Positions 8,315-16,758 of a DNA stretch of 64,000 nucleotides are shown here, one piece after another; the stretch's first letter is position 1, and every line of letters begins with the position of its first letter. The stretch spans positions 1-64,000 of the IMG/VR virus record IMGVR_UViG_3300031949_000012; one strand, 5' to 3'. Origin of the DNA: a virus. The notes below the pieces were generated by a model. The model searched no databases and was not told the origin of the DNA. It worked only from the letters and a program-made list of their open reading frames with translations. Both the position numbers and the translations under genes were made by a program.

Positions 8315-8548
8315 GTCGCACCTCTTGTTAGTTTTCCCGGCCCCCCACCCTCGAACCGGGTTTGCGCCATATCTAAAAGGCGCGCCCGCCCAATCTTACC
8401 ACAACGTCCGCTGGGCCTGGACTATGTATTTGTTTCGCCGCCCAGCCAGGCTGCGGCAACGAGCTGTGTAACGACTCGCTTCCCCACAGGACACAAAGCT
8501 CACCTTGCCTTATGCCCCCTGGGGGAGCGGGCCAGGCTCCCCACCCCC

Positions 8549-8776
8549 CTAACGCTTCGCTGCCCAACCGTACCCATTCACGGCTGGATAAATCGTGAAC
8601 TCGCCCATTCGATTTGAAATGGCGCGGGCAATGCGCCGGAGGGAAGCGGCGCCAGGAAAATATGAGTGCCGGCGTCCGCCACGCTGTACTCTCACCTCCG
8701 CGACGCCTGGAAAATATTCTACACCTACACAATAAACCTTGCGCTGGTCAACTACATCAGGCAATCGAATACTCAT
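8549..8776 (-). CDS. hypothetical protein
   Basis: ORF, GGAGG SD. Confidence 0.7.
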   Translation of the reverse strand: MSIRLPDVVDQRKVYCVGVEYFPGVAEVRVQRGGRRHSYFPGAASLRRIARAISNRMGEFTIYPAVNGYGWAAKR

Positions 8777-8785
8777 GTCGCCTCC

Positions 8786-8799
8786 GATAATCGGTTATC
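8786..8799. promoter_or_regulatory. candidate operator GATAAT-CG-GTTATC
   Basis: one mismatch to palindrome seen at 11276; abuts RBS of 8549..8776. Confidence 0.55.
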
Positions 8800-8866
8800 C
8801 CAAATATATCCCAAACTGGGCCTGTTTATCCCAAATTCGGGCATTTATCCCACACGTCAAACAAAG

Positions 8867-8974
8867 TTATCCACAGCCTGGGCATGGTTATCCACAGGTT
8901 ATCCACAGGATATGCCGTGACCCTTTTTGGGACTTTGCGGCCCATGTGGACTGTCATCCACATCCCAGTCCACA
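8867..8974. promoter_or_regulatory. DnaA-box cluster (possible origin or DnaA-titration site)
   Basis: perfect TTATCCACA at 8867, 8888, 8899; TCATCCACA at 8954; two CAGTCCACA-type variants at 8945(-) and 8966. Confidence 0.75.
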
Positions 8975-8979
8975 TAAAC

Positions 8980-9216
8980 CTAGCTATAAATCACTTCCAC
9001 CTGTTTTTCCCACTCCCCAGGAACGCCCCCAGGGGCGTAGCGGGTCCAGATGGTGTATTTGGGGTGAATGGAGGCCAAATACCAGTCTCCCTGGCCTGCC
9101 AGGAGCATGACACGGGCGGCCTCATGTTGGCCTCTGGTAGCTCGGCAAATAGGGCCCGCCTGCAAGCCTACGTACTGGGCGACCTCGATGGGCGCGCCCC
9201 CTCCTGATTGTAACAT
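8980..9216 (-). CDS. hypothetical protein
   Basis: ORF, AAGGAG SD. Confidence 0.65.
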   Translation of the reverse strand: MLQSGGGAPIEVAQYVGLQAGPICRATRGQHEAARVMLLAGQGDWYLASIHPKYTIWTRYAPGGVPGEWEKQVEVIYS

Positions 9217-9229
9217 TGCTCATTCTCCT

Positions 9230-9469
9230 TTACGAGTTTTCCCGCGCCCATTTCTGGGCTTGCGGAGTAGTTTCCCATCGCTCAAAGGCGGCTGGGACGA
9301 TGAAACAATAGTTCCCCTGGTCTGCCCGGAGATGTCGGGCCAGTCCCAGGGCTTTCCTGAATGGGTAGGTGGTGCCGCTGGTGAATGGCTGCCCCTCAAT
9401 GGCGCTGAACACGTGCCAAAGGTCTGGCCGTGGCTGCATCAGCCAGGGCTTACGGTAGTGATTTTGCAT
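9230..9469 (-). CDS. hypothetical protein
   Basis: ORF, AGGAG SD. Confidence 0.7.
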   Translation of the reverse strand: MQNHYRKPWLMQPRPDLWHVFSAIEGQPFTSGTTYPFRKALGLARHLRADQGNYCFIVPAAFERWETTPQAQKWARENS

Positions 9470-9518
9470 TGTCGTTCTCCTGTTAGAATTTGCTCCCAGC
9501 GTGCCGCATTTGGCTCTA

Positions 9519-9574
9519 GGGGTGACTTCTGACGACTAAGGTGTTAGAGTGCCCTAATCGCCAGAAGTCACCCC
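9519..9574 (-). other. long RNA stem-loop (about 23 bp) with G-U pairs on the transcribed strand
   Basis: three plus-strand A/C mismatches become G-U on minus strand. Confidence 0.7.
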
Positions 9575-9780
9575 AGAACGCCTTGTACAGCGTTCTGGGA
9601 GAAGATTTAGGCCTGGACAATGATTGTCCGAAAGCCCAGTTGTTGGGCACGGTGCGCCCAAAAGATGCTGTCGGCCGCGCTCATGCGCCGGCCGAGAAAC
9701 CGTAGGTGCTCCCCATCGATCACTATAATGCGCCACATAAAAATAAAACCTCACTTTCTTACTAGTACCAGTTTAACCGC

Positions 9781-9815
9781 AAACACAAAAGCCCTGGCGT
9801 ATGAGCTAGGGCTTT
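9781..9815 (-). terminator. probable intrinsic terminator after 9828..10334
   Basis: AGCCCTAGC/GCCAGGGCT stem followed by TTTGTGTTT on minus strand. Confidence 0.5.
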
Positions 9816-9827
9816 CCAAGTTTGGGG

Positions 9828-10334
9828 TTAAACAGTGACTTCAGCTAATTCTGCTAATCTTTCCAGTAATGGAAAGGTTTGCGCTTCAACGGCCGCAACT
9901 TCTACAACAGGCACTGGAGTTTCTTTGCCATTGCGCTTGCCATTGGTAGCCTTTGGCTTTTCCGCTTTAGCTTTCGCAGCGGCCGCTTGCTCAATGGCCT
10001 GGTCGAGTAACATTTTCCAAGAGGTAACAGGTGAAACGGCGGCGCGCAAGATAGCGATTTCATCTTTTGTGGCTGTACCATCAGCCACACTCTTAATCTT
10101 TGCGCCCATAGCTTCTTGGGCTTTGGCGGTATTGCCATTGCCATTGTCCTGATACGCCAGGGTAAAGGGTGTTTGTGCGCCAATTGCCAGGTCAAGCATA
10201 ACTTTGTTCCCTGTTGCGCTACACATCTTTTTCAGCTCTTTCAGGAACGCTTTTTCTTGCTCACTCAGGTTTTGTACCCATTCAAAGCTAATCATAGCCT
10301 GATCAAACGTTGTGATAGTCTTTCGTTCACTCAC
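9828..10334 (-). CDS. hypothetical Ala/Lys-rich protein
   Basis: ORF, GTG start, AGGAG SD. Confidence 0.75.
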   Translation of the reverse strand: MSERKTITTFDQAMISFEWVQNLSEQEKAFLKELKKMCSATGNKVMLDLAIGAQTPFTLAYQDNGNGNTAKAQEAMGAKIKSVADGTATKDEIAILRAAVSPVTSWKMLLDQAIEQAAAAKAKAEKPKATNGKRNGKETPVPVVEVAAVEAQTFPLLERLAELAEVTV

Positions 10335-10366
10335 AGTATTTTCTCTCCTGTTTCGTAAAAAATGAG

Positions 10367-10431
10367 TTTTGGGGATTAAAAAGAGCTACAAGGTGAATTT
10401 ATACCCTATAGCTCTTTAGTCATCCTCAAAA
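10367..10431 (-). other. long RNA stem-loop with G-U pairs on the transcribed strand
   Basis: AAAGAGCTATAGGGT/ACCTTGTAGCTCTTT plus outer stem. Confidence 0.65.
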
Positions 10432-10460
10432 GCCAAAAAAATGACGTTTGAGGTAAGATT

Positions 10461-11114
10461 TTAGCGTTTCTTGAGATACGCCAAACCTGCTGATTTAGTC
10501 ATATCACCACCAAATTGACTCGGCGGCCGTTTTTCAACGGTTGACTTAGCAACAGGTCTAGGCGTTTGGATACTATGCTCTAAACCATCAGGCTCACAAA
10601 CATGCAGAATGTGGCTATTCCCACATTTAGGACAATGATAAGCAACCTTTGTCCAAGATGCTCTACTGCGAATAGGGTAGCGTTCCGTTGCATGGTCATT
10701 GCCTTGCAAGTCAGAAAACATTGCCACTCCACTATCGGATACTTTCCTCTCAATCTCGAATGTACCAGTGTCAACGCTATTCTTGCTATGCTTCCACGTT
10801 GCAGCATGGCGTCTATCGTGTGATGTATCCGATTTGTCAATTTTGAAAGTCTTTGTTTCGCCAATTAAAACCTTTTGGATTATCTTTGGCTCACTATCGC
10901 CAGAAAAGCCAAAAGCCAAAGGCGATAAAACCGTATACCTTTGTCCAACACTGTGCATCTTGATACGATATGACTTTTTGAAGTCAGGTTTCATGTCACT
11001 AGGGTAAGCGACAAGATCATCTAACCGACTTTCTGCATTTTCCGAGAAACGATAATAATTAGCCTTCCGCCGCGATAAACTGCGACCCCCAAAATGTTGA
11101 TGCTTCTTAGACAT
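10461..11114 (-). CDS. hypothetical basic protein with zinc ribbon; first gene of leftward operon
   Basis: ORF, AAGGA SD, HCPKCG...H..C. Confidence 0.75.
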   Translation of the reverse strand: MSKKHQHFGGRSLSRRKANYYRFSENAESRLDDLVAYPSDMKPDFKKSYRIKMHSVGQRYTVLSPLAFGFSGDSEPKIIQKVLIGETKTFKIDKSDTSHDRRHAATWKHSKNSVDTGTFEIERKVSDSGVAMFSDLQGNDHATERYPIRSRASWTKVAYHCPKCGNSHILHVCEPDGLEHSIQTPRPVAKSTVEKRPPSQFGGDMTKSAGLAYLKKR

Positions 11115-11267
11115 AGTAATACCATCCTTTGAAGAATTTTAGCCTACCTTACTTAGTCCTGGCCTTACGACTATCCTGAGATTGATTCTCACTCAGCGCC
11201 CCAAAAGCCCAAACGTTTCAAGTCAAGCGTCTTAGTTTTGTTTCGCCATTGAAACAAAACTAGGGGT

Positions 11268-11296
11268 AGAATAACGATAATTGATTATCCTGTCAA
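11268..11296 (-). promoter_or_regulatory. sigma70-type leftward promoter with perfect operator palindrome in its spacer
   Basis: TTGACA-17-TATTCT; GATAATTGATTATC at 11276-11289. Confidence 0.75.
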
Positions 11297-11919
11297 TCAA
11301 TACGGTTTAATGTTATGTTGCCAAGATTAAGCTATTATCCTGTTCTGTAATTGATTATCCTGTTTCTCTCTAATCCCTCTAATCCCCTTTTTTTGGCAAT
11401 AGAGACGATTAAATAGAGGATAGGATATTATCCTAAAAGCCCGAAATATTGGTGCTCAATTCGGAAATAAATCTTTGAAAACTACACGGAAATATAGTAA
11501 GAAATAAAGGGTTACACGGTTTGTTTGACACAGAGTTATAACACTATGTAGTGTATTGATTAGTGATGTGTTGTCGTTTGTTCTATCTTGTTTGTCGCAA
11601 GATAGAATGAGGTTAAATCTCTATCCTATCCCCCTTTTTTCTTCATCCTGGACGATTTTATTTCGTTTGGGTACCTCAGTATCCAGGACATCTATCAATC
11701 GCCTTAAATGCCAATAAATAGGCGTTGTACACGGTTTGGCAGGGGTGGGTAATTTAGCCCTATACCGTGTAAGAACCTACGACTACCGCTTTCATTTCGC
11801 CCAGTCTCTCCCTCCCAATTATTATGTCAACGCACAATTTCAGGTATCAGGGCAGTGCATCTCTAGCGCATGGGCAGGGCAATCGGTTGAGCAGCGCGCA
11901 CTTCCCTCCCCTATCGCAA

Positions 11920-12119
11920 GGGAGGCGGGGTAGGGGAGGAGTTTGGTTTCTTCAGCAAGTGGGGCATCTCAATACAGAAGGTCAGGGAGGCGGGGGGCCT
12001 ATCAGGTTGGTGGGTTTTGTTGCCTGGCGAAAATGCTTTTTCCCAATAATTGATTATCACAATTATGAAAACAGGGGAAATTATGATAGAATAGGGGGTA
12101 TAAAGCAGGGGAGGCGGGG
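11920..12119 (+). repeat. three direct GGGAGGCGGGG repeats
   Basis: exact copies at 11920, 11985, 12109. Confidence 0.8.
12045..12092 (+). promoter_or_regulatory. operator copy plus extended -10 rightward promoter
   Basis: AATAATTGATTATC 12045-12058; TG-A-TAGAAT 12084-12092. Confidence 0.55.
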
Positions 12120-12148
12120 GTATAAATGGATAGAAAGGGAAGGTATTT

Positions 12149-12553
12149 ATGGATGACTGGCGACAAATATTACGTGATGAACATGCTAAAAGGTTGAGCG
12201 AAATAGAGGAAAATGAAATTCGCTATGCAATTAACAGTGACCGGGGATTGATTTGTCAACTCGTCAGAGAGCTCGATAGAGAGGAGCGTTTTTTCAGCGA
12301 ATGGCGCGAGAAGTACACACCCTGGTGGTTACGAATAATTCAAAGCCGGCCACGGCACGCTTACACCTGCCGCCTATTCAAGCGGGTAGACTACCTGCTT
12401 TTGTGGCTGCGTTTCAAGAAACCACATTGGCATGAAGGGTATCTAATCGTGGGCCATTTCGAAGCCGGCAGTATTTTTCCGTTATCTTGGTATCATTGGG
12501 CGGCAGAGCAACAGAACAAACGCATTTGGACCAGGTTGATATTTGATTTATAA
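12149..12553 (+). CDS. hypothetical protein
   Basis: ORF downstream of promoter, GAAGG SD. Confidence 0.65.
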   Translation: MDDWRQILRDEHAKRLSEIEENEIRYAINSDRGLICQLVRELDREERFFSEWREKYTPWWLRIIQSRPRHAYTCRLFKRVDYLLLWLRFKKPHWHEGYLIVGHFEAGSIFPLSWYHWAAEQQNKRIWTRLIFDL

Positions 12554-12566
12554 AGGGGGAAAACTA

Positions 12567-12920
12567 ATGGCAGAGAAATGGGTAGTAGGGGAACCGGGAG
12601 GGCCGGCTGGTCCGTTTTGGAGCGTGGTATCAAGTACCGGGCGGGTTATTGCTATGCAGATACCAGAAAAGGAGGTTGCAGAGCGAATAGCGAAGTTACC
12701 GGAGTTAGAAGCAATAGCCAGGGTATTACAGGAGAGGTTAGAGCCGAGACTTTACAGTTCGGAGGCAGAGCAAAAGGAATTACGATTGAGCGAATTAGCC
12801 GGCCGGATTACTTATGGTTTAGCATCAGAGGAGGAGAGGGAGGAGCATGATCGGTTAATGCAAGAGTTAGCGAAGGAGGTTCCCTGGATTGGGTTTTTGG
12901 CGGTTTTGCGGGGCAGTTAA
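12567..12920 (+). CDS. hypothetical protein
   Basis: ORF, AGGGGG SD before MAEKW. Confidence 0.7.
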   Translation: MAEKWVVGEPGGPAGPFWSVVSSTGRVIAMQIPEKEVAERIAKLPELEAIARVLQERLEPRLYSSEAEQKELRLSELAGRITYGLASEEEREEHDRLMQELAKEVPWIGFLAVLRGS

Positions 12921-13219
12921 TCAGCCTCATTATACTCTTGTCGGGTAGGCAGGTTATTATTCTTTAATTGTTGGTGGGCCTGGTATAGTTCTTCCAGGAA
13001 GACTTTCAGACCGGCCAGGGCCGCAAAATCGCCGGGATGGTCTATCCAGCTGGCCGGGTTTTTATCCAGGGATGGGATGATTTTATCGCCTATATATTCC
13101 CGGATAAATTTCTTTTCCATTTCCGGTGGCAGGTTTTGTCTGAGAAGTTCGATTTCAAGTTCCAGTCGCTTTGCCCAGGCGTGGATTAGCAGGGCGATTA
13201 TTGATTGGGAGATATTCAT
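12917..13219 (-). CDS. hypothetical protein
   Basis: ORF, AAGGA SD. Confidence 0.65.
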   Translation of the reverse strand: MNISQSIIALLIHAWAKRLELEIELLRQNLPPEMEKKFIREYIGDKIIPSLDKNPASWIDHPGDFAALAGLKVFLEELYQAHQQLKNNNLPTRQEYNEAD

Positions 13220-13238
13220 TGGGGGGTTCCTTTCAATT

Positions 13239-13685
13239 TTAGAGTGCTTTTATTCCTTCAATTAGCGTTTTAGTAGTTTGAGCGTTCATAATGCGGTCCA
13301 GGGCTTCAGCGAGTTGGGCCGCATTTTCTATATCTAAGAAGCCCATCTTGCCGGGGGCGATTTCATCGAGGACAGATTCATCTATAAATAGTTGTAGGGG
13401 AAAGCGTCGTAAGCCCAGCGGGGGCCAGACGATGCTAAAGAGTTGGTATTCATAGAGCCCTAAATTTGTAGCTTCTCCTGAGCTCGTCGAAGGGTCGAAA
13501 TTGAGCTTAAGGTTAAAGTCCACGTAGAGGAAATAGTCACCATTCTTCAAGACATTGATAACGCCGGTAGAAACTAAGGCTGTAATCTGGCCGCCTGTTT
13601 CAGTTTCGAGGCGTTCAATCAGGGGTCGGAGCAGCTCACCGTGGGGAAGATGCGTGACGAGTTGATGAGAAATAGTTTCATTCAT
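13239..13685 (-). CDS. hypothetical protein
   Basis: ORF; leader is the dispersed 13-mer motif. Confidence 0.75.
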   Translation of the reverse strand: MNETISHQLVTHLPHGELLRPLIERLETETGGQITALVSTGVINVLKNGDYFLYVDFNLKLNFDPSTSSGEATNLGLYEYQLFSIVWPPLGLRRFPLQLFIDESVLDEIAPGKMGFLDIENAAQLAEALDRIMNAQTTKTLIEGIKAL

Positions 13686-13700
13686 AATTCGACAGGCTCA

Positions 13701-14126
13701 TTAGTTCTCTTGTAGTCCTGAGCTGGCTGAGGGGAGATCATCACCCAGGTAAGCCACGTGGCCGATGTTATGCTTATCATTTTGGGTGGTCGCGCCGAAG
13801 GAGAAGATTCCCCCGGTTTTCTTGTAGAGCACATCAATCTGCCAGAAGCCGGGTCGGAGCCGGGTGGTCACTTCCCACAGTTCAGGCTCTGGCAGGGGCA
13901 TATTTTCTTCTGTGACTGGGGGAACAATCTTGAACTCAAGGCGTTCCGAGTGGCAGCGCATGCAAGAAACCAGGATGATAGCTAGTGCGCCGCCAAAGGA
14001 GAACAGCCCATTTTCGACGTGGGCAGCTTTGGCTGTGAAGTAATGTCTGCTCCGACACGGCCTTTCGCTTTGGTGGAGCCAGAAGTAGGTAGGGTCATCC
14101 ATGGGCAGGTTATCCGATATTGTCAT
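13701..14126 (-). CDS. hypothetical protein
   Basis: ORF, GGAG SD. Confidence 0.65.
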   Translation of the reverse strand: MTISDNLPMDDPTYFWLHQSERPCRSRHYFTAKAAHVENGLFSFGGALAIILVSCMRCHSERLEFKIVPPVTEENMPLPEPELWEVTTRLRPGFWQIDVLYKKTGGIFSFGATTQNDKHNIGHVAYLGDDLPSASSGLQEN

Positions 14127-14280
14127 AGATGCTCCGACTATATTCTATCTCGATACCCGGTGTATCCTTAGTAGCATCTGGGAAATCAGAATTGATACTG
14201 ACTAACTCTATTCCGGTCTTTAATATAATCTCCTGAGAAAAAACAACAATAACACCCATTTCATTAGTTGGCTTAAACAT
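14110..14280 (-). pseudogene. probable remnant of a PD-(D/E)XK nuclease
   Basis: P.NE.GV+..F...FPD...IE+EY.S motif compressed into 56 aa and ending right after. Confidence 0.35.
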
Positions 14281-15013
14281 GATTATTCCCTTTCCCATTC
14301 GTTTGTTTCAGCTCGTCAAGCCAGTTGTAAACCGTTTGTCGAGAAATGCCAAACTCTTTGGCGAAGTTGCTGACCTTGACATCGGGTTGGCGCCTTGACA
14401 ATTCTTGTAGCAAAGTCGCCTTGTCAATTGACGGTGACGCACTTGTCAATTGACTGTCCAATTTGACAGCCGGTTGGACAGCCGCCAACTTGACAGCTTT
14501 CTCCGCTTCTACCCTGGCCAGCCTTACGGTGAGGTTATCTGCCTGCTGCTTCTCTTTGAGCGTGTGGCTAAAGTCTACCTCTGACACTTGCTGACTTTGC
14601 GCCTCGAACTGGTACATGGTCATTGCGACGGCAATGTAGGCGATGAGGGTCAGGAGGGAAATAACTGTAGCAATAGCAGCAAAACGGATGCTTTGTCCAA
14701 AGACCCACAGGCCAATAATTTCCAGGACAATGTACCCGGCCACCAGCCACCAGCCACGGTGGTCACGCACCGCTGCGTAAGTTGAGGCAATGCCAACAAT
14801 GATGAGCCCCAGGCCGGCTGAGAGCCCGGCGACAATGCCAAAATAATCGCTGCCGGTAAACAACATCATAAACTGATAGAAGGCAAAACCGAAAGCAATG
14901 GCCGGAGCCAGGGGCACGATCCATGAGGCAAAGCCGGCAATGCGGGCGTGGTTCAGGCGATCCCGATGGTGAATGTTCTTGATTTTCTCATTGACAAGTT
15001 GTTGATAGTTCAT
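14273..15013 (-). CDS. multi-pass membrane protein with coiled coil and C-terminal HTH (Spd/DUF2637-like architecture)
   Basis: 4 hydrophobic helices; VSNFAKEFGISRQTVYNWL HTH. Confidence 0.75.
   Translation of the reverse strand: MNYQQLVNEKIKNIHHRDRLNHARIAGFASWIVPLAPAIAFGFAFYQFMMLFTGSDYFGIVAGLSAGLGLIIVGIASTYAAVRDHRGWWLVAGYIVLEIIGLWVFGQSIRFAAIATVISLLTLIAYIAVAMTMYQFEAQSQQVSEVDFSHTLKEKQQADNLTVRLARVEAEKAVKLAAVQPAVKLDSQLTSASPSIDKATLLQELSRRQPDVKVSNFAKEFGISRQTVYNWLDELKQTNGKGNNHV
14376..14496. repeat. in-gene array of TTGACA/TGTCAA/TTGGACA half-sites
   Basis: CTTGTCAATTGAC at 14420 and 14442; TGTCCAATTTGACA 14455; further half-sites at 14376, 14395, 14474, 14490. Confidence 0.75.
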
Positions 15014-15025
15014 TGTTTTTCCTAT

Positions 15026-15229
15026 TCACCTCAAAAACCGAAAACGTTTTACAATCGGCTTATGCCCGATTCTGAACATAATCCCCCAGAACCACAAACA
15101 AAATAAGCGCGTGCATTGATCGGGGCGATTTCGATGAATACAAATTATCGGCCAGCAATCGAGATCGTACTGTTCCCGGCGGTGGACCCATATTTGACCA
15201 ATTACAAAAAGGGTTTTGTCACCATTCAT
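15026..15229 (-). CDS. hypothetical protein
   Basis: ORF, GGAGG SD. Confidence 0.6.
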   Translation of the reverse strand: MNGDKTLFVIGQIWVHRREQYDLDCWPIICIHRNRPDQCTRLFCLWFWGIMFRIGHKPIVKRFRFLR

Positions 15230-15239
15230 TGGTTTCCTC

Positions 15240-15590
15240 CTACTCGAAGTGGGATATTAGTTTTGACTGTCCGCCACTAAAGTTAATTTGAACTGAAACT
15301 ATTGTTCGCCCGACATCCGTTTCTTCTGTCAATGTAGTTCTAACTTCCCTAAATATTTCAACTAAGCCAATATGTCTCTCGGAGGCTATGAATATCTCCT
15401 GATTGACGCCTGGTTTTCGCTTCACGTTTTCAACCCAGCCCCATATCTCTGGATCGGTCGAGAGACAATATTCCTGGCGCATATCTCTGGGATTATATGG
15501 ATTGATAACTTCCTTTGTCCAGATAAGCCGGCCGTATTTTTCGTCGGCCTCAGCCGTAGTCAGTTTCAATAGTTCTTCTTTCTCAATCAT
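15240..15590 (-). CDS. hypothetical protein
   Basis: GGAGG SD before MIEKEE. Confidence 0.7.
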   Translation of the reverse strand: MIEKEELLKLTTAEADEKYGRLIWTKEVINPYNPRDMRQEYCLSTDPEIWGWVENVKRKPGVNQEIFIASERHIGLVEIFREVRTTLTEETDVGRTIVSVQINFSGGQSKLISHFE

Positions 15591-15786
15591 TCGGGTCCCT
15601 CCAATTAGGCGGCGCAAAGAGAATATGGTTGTTGCTATCCTGATACCACGTAATCGTCCAATGTCTACGGCGAGCCTCGAAGGCAATCTCGGAGATAGGT
15701 ATTTGCCACTCGGCTGCCAGCTTATACAGGCTTTTTAGACCAGCCGGCGGATTGGCCCTGGGAACGATAACGCCATGGCCGGCCAC
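15583..15786 (-). CDS. hypothetical protein
   Basis: ORF fills operon gap. Confidence 0.5.
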   Translation of the reverse strand: MAGHGVIVPRANPPAGLKSLYKLAAEWQIPISEIAFEARRRHWTITWYQDSNNHILFAPPNWRDPND

Positions 15787-15824
15787 AAAGGCTTACCCTT
15801 GCCGAAGGATAAAGCATATATTCA

Positions 15825-16199
15825 TTATTTCACCTCAAAAATCGGCGTCGGGCCAAATTGCCTGTGTATTTGTGCCTGGTCGTCAAACATGATTTCAATG
15901 TTTAGCTCAAAACATAAGCGCTGTTTGAAACGGCCTACGATTTCCTCATTAGAGGATACTTTACCAATTAAAGCCCGTTCCATGCTATTGTAGAGATTAG
16001 TGCAGCAAAGTTCATCATAGAATACCCCTTTGCCGGTACTGATGAATGGGTACTCTTGTTCTTTCTGGGCTACTCCCTCAAGTCCCAGGCCGGTAATCAG
16101 GTAAACCTTGTGGCCTGCCGCTCGCCAGAGTTTACCTAGCTCGATGAAGAAGTCTGGGTATTTGGTTAAAGTGCCATCAATGTCAATACCGATATTCAT
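15825..16199 (-). CDS. HAD-superfamily phosphatase/nucleotidase
   Basis: DIDGTLT motif I, ITG motif II, K motif III, FDD motif IV; AGGAGG SD. Confidence 0.8.
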   Translation of the reverse strand: MNIGIDIDGTLTKYPDFFIELGKLWRAAGHKVYLITGLGLEGVAQKEQEYPFISTGKGVFYDELCCTNLYNSMERALIGKVSSNEEIVGRFKQRLCFELNIEIMFDDQAQIHRQFGPTPIFEVK

Positions 16200-16219
16200 T
16201 GGTTTCCTCCTGAAAAAAT

Positions 16220-16489
16220 TCAAGCATAAGGAAAGATTTCCTCACGTACTTTGCTAAACTTTGTGGCCTTGAATGTTACTTCATACATTTCCTCGACTGG
16301 CCCCATGCTGCCAATTTGCATTGGACGCCCGCCTACTTCAACCGTAATCGGGAAAAATTCATATTCGCCTTCGATTTCAAAGTGAATGAGCTGGCTCAAA
16401 AGAAAAGCGCCGCCATTTTTGAAGTATACTTCAACCCGGTCAATTTCATCTGAAAGATTTAATTTGCTCTTGGAAATACAGTTACTCAT
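16220..16489 (-). CDS. hypothetical protein
   Basis: ORF coupled to upstream gene. Confidence 0.6.
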   Translation of the reverse strand: MSNCISKSKLNLSDEIDRVEVYFKNGGAFLLSQLIHFEIEGEYEFFPITVEVGGRPMQIGSMGPVEEMYEVTFKATKFSKVREEIFPYA

Positions 16490-16712
16490 TAAAAAAGTCC
16501 CACTGCCCAGGCTGCCCACCATGCATAATGCTAGTTTTCCATTCCAATGGTCCAGGACTATCGGTGAAAACGCGTAGATTGACACAATGCTTGTTCCAAA
16601 CCGCTACCACTATTGCCGGTAAAATGCTGGCATGATTATATTTCATATTATCATTATCATTCTCGCTTACTCGATAAAATACGGTACGCCCTAACCAGAC
16701 TTCATCACCCAT
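16482..16712 (-). CDS. hypothetical phage protein
   Basis: ORF, GGAGG SD, PAIVVAVW...VNL.VF.D pattern. Confidence 0.7.
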   Translation of the reverse strand: MGDEVWLGRTVFYRVSENDNDNMKYNHASILPAIVVAVWNKHCVNLRVFTDSPGPLEWKTSIMHGGQPGQWDFFNE

Positions 16713-16758
16713 TAAATGCCTCCAATGTTCTCATCTTTCTACTTTCCTGTTTTAATTT

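Noticed and set aside
8335-8420. tRNA-like GGTTCGA on the minus strand
   Set aside because: No proper acceptor stem, T-arm or 7-nt anticodon loop could be built
11215-11255. GTTTCAA...ATTGAAAC segment resembling a solitary CRISPR repeat
   Set aside because: Single copy, 41 nt, no internal repeat-like stem, no spacers or cas genes; better explained by the overlapping 12-bp hairpin. Only a match to a host repeat would revive it.
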